A DNA stretch of 46,929 bases, counting the filler, from Streblomastix strix (lineage: Eukaryota), in NCBI GenBank assembly GCA_008636045.1. It is 2 parts of 2 records of this genome, joined end to end, with 100 filler letters (N's around TTAATTAATTAA, not from the genome) between each part and the next. Parts side by side here need not be neighbours in the genome. Positions count along the whole stretch, not along the records: positions 23,530 to 46,929 come from SNRW01000286.1; 1 more part is not named here. One strand, 5' to 3'. The notes under the pieces are model-generated. The model searched no databases and had not been told where the DNA came from. It saw nothing but the letters and a program-made list of their open reading frames with translations. This document shows positions 39,295 to 46,929 of the stretch, piece by piece (position 1 is the first letter of the stretch; the number at the start of each line of letters is the position of its first letter). Both the position numbers and the translations under genes were made by a program.

Positions 39295-42200
39295 ATTACA
39301 CGAACAAAGATATCAATTGCAGACGTTAATCAGCTTCTCCAATTATACGATCCAAATGCAAAAATAAATGTGAATGATAAGTAAAAAGAGATCAAATTTA
39401 AATTCAACTCTAACAAAGATCGGATTCTATGGCTAACGCAATAACGTTAAAGCTGTGGAATAAGCGATAAATGCAGTAGTTTCACGTAATATCTATATGA
39501 AACAATCCAAAGCAGCAACTGTTATATAATAATGTGTTCGAAAGTGGTTCAATTAACGGGAATAATAACGGTTAACACGAGAATAATAGATATAAATGGA
39601 ATAAGAATAATTAGAAGAATAACGAGAATTAGATATAAAAGAATTAAGAGGAGTTAGATCCAAAATTATTAGATGAAGATGGTGTATTCGATCCAGAAAG
39701 ATATAGATAATAGTAGCATTAATTAAGAGCATAAGACATAGAAGAATGTAGGAGAAAATAACAGGAAGATAGATAAGCAAGATAAGCATAATTATTGGAT
39801 GAATTTCATAATGTAGAGTATATGAACATTGATGTACTATTCGAAACAGATTAATAAAAAATTAGCGAATACATTAGAACTCATGAAAAATATGTGTTTC
39901 ATCATCTAAATACAAATAGTGATGTGATTATGCTATGTGACGTATAGAATGAAGTGTAATTCAATAGGAATAAGAACATTGCATTAAATCAATATAATAA
40001 AGAAACTGGTGCTCTTTCATAAAAATCTTATAATTTATCTTCAATTAATTAAATGAAACCGACTAAATAATATTATATTAATATTGCTTCATAAGCAGAT
40101 TTAAATAAGCTCTTAGACTCCGTATACAATAAAGAAAAAGGTAATATGTTTAAATTAGCCGTTGATTTTGGAGTGCTAATTGAACGTGTTGATGGTAATG
40201 CAGAAGCATAGACAGTTAAATACAAATATATCCTTCCAGTAGATGCAAATTCAGAAAAATGACCACCATTAGAGATACGATTTAGAGATAACATTAATAT
40301 GTACTAGTAGTATCTTCGAACAGTTATTGAAAGCATATAAGAGAGAACTAATGCAGATTTTTATGAAAAAATAGTATCAATATTCTCAATAATGCTTTTT
40401 GTATTTCGATATCCACTAGCAGGTGCAGCTATTCCTTCATTAAAGTAGCATATTAAACGAAAAGAGATTTATTATGTTGATTATAATGTAAATTTATGTT
40501 TTTGGACAGCATATTCATTCATCACAATGCCTAATTCAAAGGATAAACGTTGGAAAAAGTGTTCAAGAATCGCTGAAACTAAGCGTATATTTTCAAGAGT
40601 AAATGGATTGGAGTTTCGAGATAATTATTAAGGATTCGATTTCGTATGAGATATTGATAACGGCATTAATAAAGAATACATCAATGTGCACATGTAAACA
40701 TTTGAAGATAATCCACCATATTATGAACTTACATAAAATTATCTAGTTAATGATTCGGACAAGTAGTTCAATATCCTATTCATTAATGATGGAATAAACG
40801 CTCATATTATATATATCTGATGTTGAAGCACTAACTGGATTCCGTTACTGTAATATATGTCATAAATAAGCATTCCAATTAGGTGATTCAAATCTATAAT
40901 AATTAATGAGAAATCATATGAAAAAATGTCAAAAGATTGGTGGAAAAATCGTGAAGAAAGTAATCTTGGAAAGATTCTCGAAACCGTTTGCTCCTCATAT
41001 TTTATCTAACAAGACTTATAAGTAACTATTAGCGAATAATTTAACTCATTTGTTCAAACCTACACGATATTACATAATATATGATATCGAAACATTAGAA
41101 AAGAAAGTTAATGAAACATTTTGTGTTAGTTCATAAGTTACTACAACTCTAATTCCATACGCTATTGCATCAACTGTCAAATTAGCTAGTGGTATCCATT
41201 CAATTTATTACGATTTTCGAACAGAAAATTTCATAAGAAAGTGGTAAGAGTAAATATTTGATGAAGCGAAATTAATTAGGTAAGATAATAAATTTATAGA
41301 TGAAACAATCCCATAATATTATGAAGTACCTGTAATTGGGTTCAACTCAGCAAAATTTGATGCATCTATTCTATTCAAGAATTTGAAATCAAAAGACTGG
41401 GCTATCTCAAAGTATTTAGGTTCAAGTACAATAGCAAAATAGATAGTTGTCAAGCATTAGTCTTCAAGAATTCAATTAGGATTCGTTGATTTAAGATATA
41501 TTCTATGCAATATAAGTTAAAGGATGCTTTGAGATATTTTGGGAATGGATAGTATAATAAAGGTCGTTTTCCTCATGAATTTATAAACATTAATAATTAT
41601 ATAAGGGAATTGAATAAATGTGAACCATTTCCGATCGAAGCATTCGATAACACAATACGAAATAAGAAGCTTAGTGAAGTAAAGTACAAAGACTACCTAG
41701 TCGAAGCAGCTAAACACAAATCACGATGCGATTATTTGAAGCATTATAATATATTAGATACTAGAGTTCTTATTGAACCAATAGATTATTTGATTAAATT
41801 AATGTTTAAATATAAAGTGGACTTGTTAGCCATTATATCTATGTCTTAATGCTCCAATGCAATCAAATATTCTATGGCACATAACGACATTGATATCAAT
41901 GATAATTATAATTATGAAAGCACAGATAAATTAATCGAAATTACATAGTGTTATTTGAGAGCAAAACTGGATAGTTATATTGAATAAGTTAATAAGACAG
42001 GTAGAGATTCATGCAATAATGTAACGATTGACGATTATGATTATTTTAAAGAATTATTCAAGAATTAACGATATAATATGTGTAATGCACGATTCATATG
42101 GAAGAATAGGCCCACATTAGATATAATTGATATTAGTAAAAGACACTCAAAAGATAATGTGATTCCATACTGTTTGTATTGTAATGTATGCAGAGCAAAT

Positions 42201-43795
42201 CGTGATAAAAAAAATGAAATTAATGGTATAGTTAAAGAAATATGCGTTATTTAAACAATTACTCATGACATTAATGAGTGATGCAGGATATCAATTATTG
42301 CGTAAAGGTATTACTGGAGGCATATCAAATGTGATGAATAGATATAATATTGCAGGAGAAACGAGAATTATTCTTTTCGAATTTAATTAAAAAAATAAAT
42401 GTCTGTATTCATTAGATTCAGATTATGTGATGACTCATGTAGTTTAGTTAGATTTTCATAGCTAATATCCAAGTGTTATAAGCGGTGAACCGAATGAGTT
42501 AAATCCATACACTACTCATATGATATATATGTTTGCTTAACTTATTGAAAAAATTAATGATTAAGATCGATGCAAAACACCAATATATGATAAAAATAGA
42601 TTCTCTGAAGATCCATTAGTAGTCGATAAAATGTTAATATTTGTAGCTGAGACTATGGGTCACATTGATGAGAAATATTTGAATGGAGATATTAATTGGG
42701 GCCCAATTCTGAGAAATATTGATATCATAACTAATATAGAAACAATAGGATAATTTATATATAATTATCTAGTTAATAGCTAACTTCTGCATGATAAAAC
42801 TGAATGTAAATTAAAAAACTTAGAGGACAACAATAATGACATAATGTCATTCAATAATTACTATTTATAGCTACTAATTGATATATGTCATCTTGTAATT
42901 GATGAGATTGTTAGTGTTACTACATTTACGAAACATACAAATTTCAATTTATTAGTGAAGGAATTTATGAATCTTTGAAAGCAGGCGAAAGATGCTAAAA
43001 ATGAAGGATTAGGATAATTCTGTAAATTAATATTGAATTCAGCATTTGGAGATGATTGTTTGAATAGTGAAAAATATTCAAATACAAGATTACTTTCTGC
43101 AAATAAGACATTCATATAGCATATGAAGGGCAGATTCATTCATTCGACTGAATTAAATGAAGATCTATACGCTGTGTAAGTGGGTAGGGAAAACTATCGT
43201 TGCAATACTTGTTTATAAGTAGCTTATTTTTGTATTAGATTCTGCAAAATTTTGGTACATTAATTATATATATAATTTTATGCACAAATCATATGATATG
43301 AATAGGATGCACTTTGTACAAGGAGATACTAATTCATTAACTTGGACAATTAGTGGAAATATAAATCGTGGTCCAGAACTATTATTTGAAGAAGTCATCA
43401 AAAACTAAGGGTTCTTTGACAGATACAAAGATTGTGCGTTTTCGGAGAGTGGAAAGAAATAAATATTTTATATTAGTGTGGAAAAATATGGTTATAATTG
43501 CGTAATTCTATCGCTTAAAAATTATATTATTAATAAAGAGACTGTTTTGAAAGGTGTTATTTTGGATTAGAATCCATAGATTAATGAATAAAGATTTATA
43601 GACTGCATTAACAAAGGAACTATTGCAACAGCTATTAATGCTACATTAGCGTAGATGAAAGATACTATGAGCAGGTTGAAAATGGAAAAAAATGCAATAA
43701 CTTGTTCCCACACAAAAATGATTGTACTACCTAATCAAAGTTGTCTTCCATTTATCAATAATATTAGTGCAGATAGATATGTTATTAAATAATGA
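39295..43795 (+). pseudogene. Decayed protein-primed PolB of Polinton segment B
   Basis: YDIET, GFNSAKFD, KGRFPH, HYNILDT, LDFHSQYPS, KLILNSAFG, GDTNS (motif C mutated), KNY, KGV; multiple in-frame TGA (e.g. ~40260, ~40647, ~42977) and frameshifts; the start codon is apparently lost. Confidence 0.88.
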
Positions 43796-43819
43796 TTATA
43801 GTATTTTTACTTTATCGAA

Positions 43820-44283
43820 ATGAGTAAACAAGAAAAGCAAGATGAAACCGTTAATTGTCTTAAATAATGCTTAAAAAAATGTAAGAAATACGAGCTTTAT
43901 GTAAGTTATCGATGGATTTATAAAAGATACTTGATGGTCTAAATAGATATGATGCAAAATTAAATATAAAAATTGCAAGTGGATTATCTTGTGGAACTAA
44001 TAAAAAGAACCCAGTTTGTTTCGATGAAACATTTTATAGAATACTTGCAGGTGAATTACCTTGTGGAATTAATAAAAAGAATCTAGTTTGTTTCGATGAA
44101 GCTCAGAACGATACTGCGTTTGATATGCGAATGTCGCTTAAAAATAGAATATAAGATGAGATTCGTTGGATGAGCTCTGAGCATAGTGTCGAAAATAAGA
44201 CTCGTAATGCTTGTGTTGAATATAGAGAAATACGAGTTAATTATATAAATTAGTTAGAAGAATTCGTTAAAACGTTAGAGTGA
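43820..44283 (+). pseudogene. Small element ORF with internal 72-bp tandem duplication, frameshifted
   Basis: ttgtggaa.taataaaaagaa.c.agtttgtttcgatgaa occurs twice (CG.NKKN.VCFDE x2). Confidence 0.5.
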
Positions 44284-44302
44284 ATGATTTATTTTTGAAC
44301 TA

Positions 44303-44461
44303 ATGAAAATGCCATTCGAATCATTATTTGAACCATTATCTGTTAACATTACTATTGCAATTGATGCTATTGAATCATTGAACATTGATTGGCACGCTAT
44401 CTTTAAAAGTATTTGGGAAGCAGCAATTAAATATGCTTGCAAGTTAAAGATCTGTCATTGA
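44303..44461 (+). CDS. Small ORF (~52 aa), unknown function
   Basis: ATG..TGA preceded by the same upstream motif as neighbouring genes. Confidence 0.35.
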   Translation: MKMPFESLFEPLSVNITIAIDAIESLNIDWHAIFKSIWEAAIKYACKLKICH

Positions 44462-44487
44462 TGTCTATAATTATTTTTGAATATAAA

Positions 44488-45820
44488 ATGAACACGGATC
44501 TATAAACTATTTAAGATTAAATTTACTAATTATTATTAGCAAGATTTGCATAAACAGATGAACAAATAGAATATGAATCACATAATATGTAGCAGTAACT
44601 AACACGAATAGCGAATACAAATAATGGAGTAATGAAATTTGCAGAGTTTATATCAAATATGCGAATCACACCAAGTAAAGAAGAATAAAATGTTTTAGTT
44701 AATCATGCAGATGAAATATAGATTGGTGGAAAGGCTCCACTTGAATGGTTCGAAATATATTAAACAGAAGCATAAAAATAAAATGCCCCATTGAAACGAG
44801 CTAAATCTATCAGAAGCCAAGAATCTAACAGATCATATGTTACTGAATAAATCTAGAGAATCAATTAACCTCAAAAACCTCTCACAATATTCCCATTCAA
44901 ATCTAAGATCAAATAATATGAAAAAATTAATAAAATGAAGATAACACAATAAACATAAATCAAAGAAATTAAAGTAAAGCCATAAAACAAACTTTAACGC
45001 CCATATTTTTCTCCAAAACTTGGATCTTGAGAGATTGATCTTGTATTCGGTGTTAAACCAGTTACTCGAAGAAAATAGCATTATTTATTTGCGATGAACA
45101 TTTATATAAAATATTTAGTAGTCATTTTTTTTAATTGTAGATGAGAAGAATGCTACGTTTATATTAGCTGCATTGAAGAAACTCATTAATTAAGTATCCG
45201 TTAATAATATTAAAGGTGATGGTGAAACTGGATTTAAAGCAAACAATATTAGATAATTTTGTGAAGATAATAAGATTTCATTATATTTTACAGGGTCTCG
45301 ATTTACATAACATAACAGAGTATTTGATAGCAAAATTCGCACAATCAGAAACGGATTTGGATTAGTTTTATAAGGATTTGCAATGCTCAGTTAGATGTAA
45401 TAAATAGTAGAGATTTACAATAAAACATCACATCTTGCATTTATGAATAGATTTACTCCAAAATAAGTGTAGTATAACAGAGAATTAGAAAGTAAATTCA
45501 TACGATAAAAATAAGCATAATTGGAACAGGTGATTATAAGACAATAACATTAGAATTTACTAAATTTTAAGAGTGGAAATATATTAATGATTCACGCGGA
45601 TTTCTCTAGATTACCTATAAGATTTTAGAAATAAAGACGTTAATTCAATGAGTTAACTACATTCATTACTTATATGAACGGTAATGTTGTGTGTAAATTA
45701 TTGAATTCATATGATAAAATTAATGTAATTGAGTTACTTATGTATTATTGTAAGTTTATTAGTGATGATATAAACTCATTACCTGTAAATTATAAAAGTT
45801 AATTTAATATAAGTAATTGA
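44488..45820 (+). pseudogene. Retroviral-type (rve/DDE) integrase, Polinton type, disrupted
   Basis: RPYFSPKLGS*EIDLVF, NIKGDGETGF, HNRVFDSKIRTIR, YNKTSHLAF..FTP; in-frame TGA and frameshifts. Confidence 0.8.
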
Positions 45821-45838
45821 GAATTTTTCTTAAAGGAA

Positions 45839-46258
45839 ATGCAAGCAGTTAGTGAAACAAAACAAATTCGTAAAATATATTCGAAGAAATCAGTTCCGTA
45901 ATTAGTTGAAACATAATCCAGTCCAACTGATGAAGTCCTTCTTGCACCGTTAATCAATCAGATTCCTATTAATACTACATTAATAGAAACATAAAAAGAA
46001 TAAGAGAAAATGAAATTTAGAGGTAGACCTAAAAAATATAGCTCACAAGAAGAAGACGAACGCATTGCCGCAGAGAAACGATCCCATACCCAATAAAAAT
46101 ATAGAATTCAACGATAGGAATTCCGTGCTTCTGCTAATGATTTGTAACTCCTTTGGATTCAACGTCTTTAGAAAACTATCATAACTAACGTACAGGATTT
46201 ACTTTAAATTAGTGATATAATCGATCGTTAAAATAAACCAAATAATCAATTAATTTGA
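45839..46258 (+). CDS. Small basic protein with AT-hook-like motif (139 aa)
   Basis: KFRGRPKKYSSQEE followed by a basic helical segment. Confidence 0.6.
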
Positions 46259-46279
46259 TTTATTTTTATTCGATAATAA

Positions 46280-46483
46280 ATGTAACACGACGGATAGACT
46301 ATGACTAAAGAATAAAGTGAGAAAGGATATAAAACTAGTGCTTTCATATAAACTGTAATGGATTTATGTGACGGTAAGATCTAATAAAATTATGCAAAAA
46401 AACAATAAAGATACTACTTTAATAAATCAAGACAGTTAGATAAATAAGGCAAATTGAAATAAATTAGTCAAATAAATCAATGA
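46280..46483 (+). CDS. Small ORF (67 aa), unknown function
   Basis: ATG..TGA preceded by the shared TATTTTT upstream motif. Confidence 0.4.
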
Positions 46484-46929
46484 AATTAATTTTGTCCATT
46501 AACTCTTCCCATTAATTAGTAATAATAATAATTATAAAACTTTATGGTAGGGGTCCAATTTTAAATTGTTCCATCTATTCCACATATTAGTGTGCATAGG
46601 CTAGAATCATAGATAATATTATGTAAATCTCTAGGTGGAACGTGGAACGGAACGGAACAGAAATTTTTGAGTTTGTGAAAAAGTGCTGCCATCTGCTATA
46701 ATTTGTAAATTCTTCATTTTGAATCTTAATTTGAACAGCTAATAATTATTTAGCCTAAATTGCACTGCCATAACAATTCATTTCTGGTAGCCATCCAAAT
46801 ATTCAGCTTTCAAAATTGTTCCACCTTCATTTTCACAAAAAACATTGAAGGAATTCCAATAATCATAGAATCATTCATTTCCAAAAATAATGATCACATC
46901 TCCAACACATCATATCAATAATTTCATTT

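Larger units (their letters stand above)
27986..46483. mobile_element. Decaying Polinton/Maverick-like element segment B, host of the nested 7-kb element; ends not seen
   Basis: Putative MCP fragment, minor capsid, KilA-N, Y, ATPase, Z-like, pPolB, integrase and AT-hook genes, many with TGA stops or frameshifts. Confidence 0.82.

Noticed and set aside
1..46929. Most ORFs in the supplied track, and the apparent abundance of stop-riddled pseudogenes among host genes
   Set aside because: The track uses the standard code. With TAA/TAG=Gln the host genes are intact, and most listed ORFs are off-frame or antisense shadows.
46490..46929. Possible minus-strand coding fragment at the window end
   Set aside because: The candidate frames I translated contain TGA stops and no recognisable motif, so no call can be supported.

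Overview
This is very AT-rich, intron-containing eukaryotic DNA read in a variant genetic code: TAA/TAG = Gln and TGA is the only stop, which is why the supplied standard-code ORF track shows only fragments. The code plus frequent short GT-AG introns is consistent with a protist such as the oxymonad Streblomastix (inference). 1-18.2 kb holds five host genes: a type-I membrane FG-GAP/integrin-alpha-like propeller, tubulin-folding cofactor D, Prp19 (apparently without a U-box), PIG-L and a cytosolic carboxypeptidase. 18.6-46.9 kb is a cluster of endogenous Polinton/Maverick-like viral elements (packaging ATPases, candidate capsid genes, KilA-N, decayed protein-primed PolB, decayed integrase) plus MITEs and an artificial 100-nt gap linker. 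The standout is an apparently intact ~7.0-kb element (30128-37122). It has 221-bp near-perfect TIRs, a target-site duplication, and a single ~1,695-aa protein-primed DNA polymerase B gene with IQ-like motifs, an OTU-like Cys/His region and an HNH-type insert. It has no integrase or capsid genes and is nested inside a decaying Polinton-like element. A truncated relative lies at ~20.2-21.8 kb.
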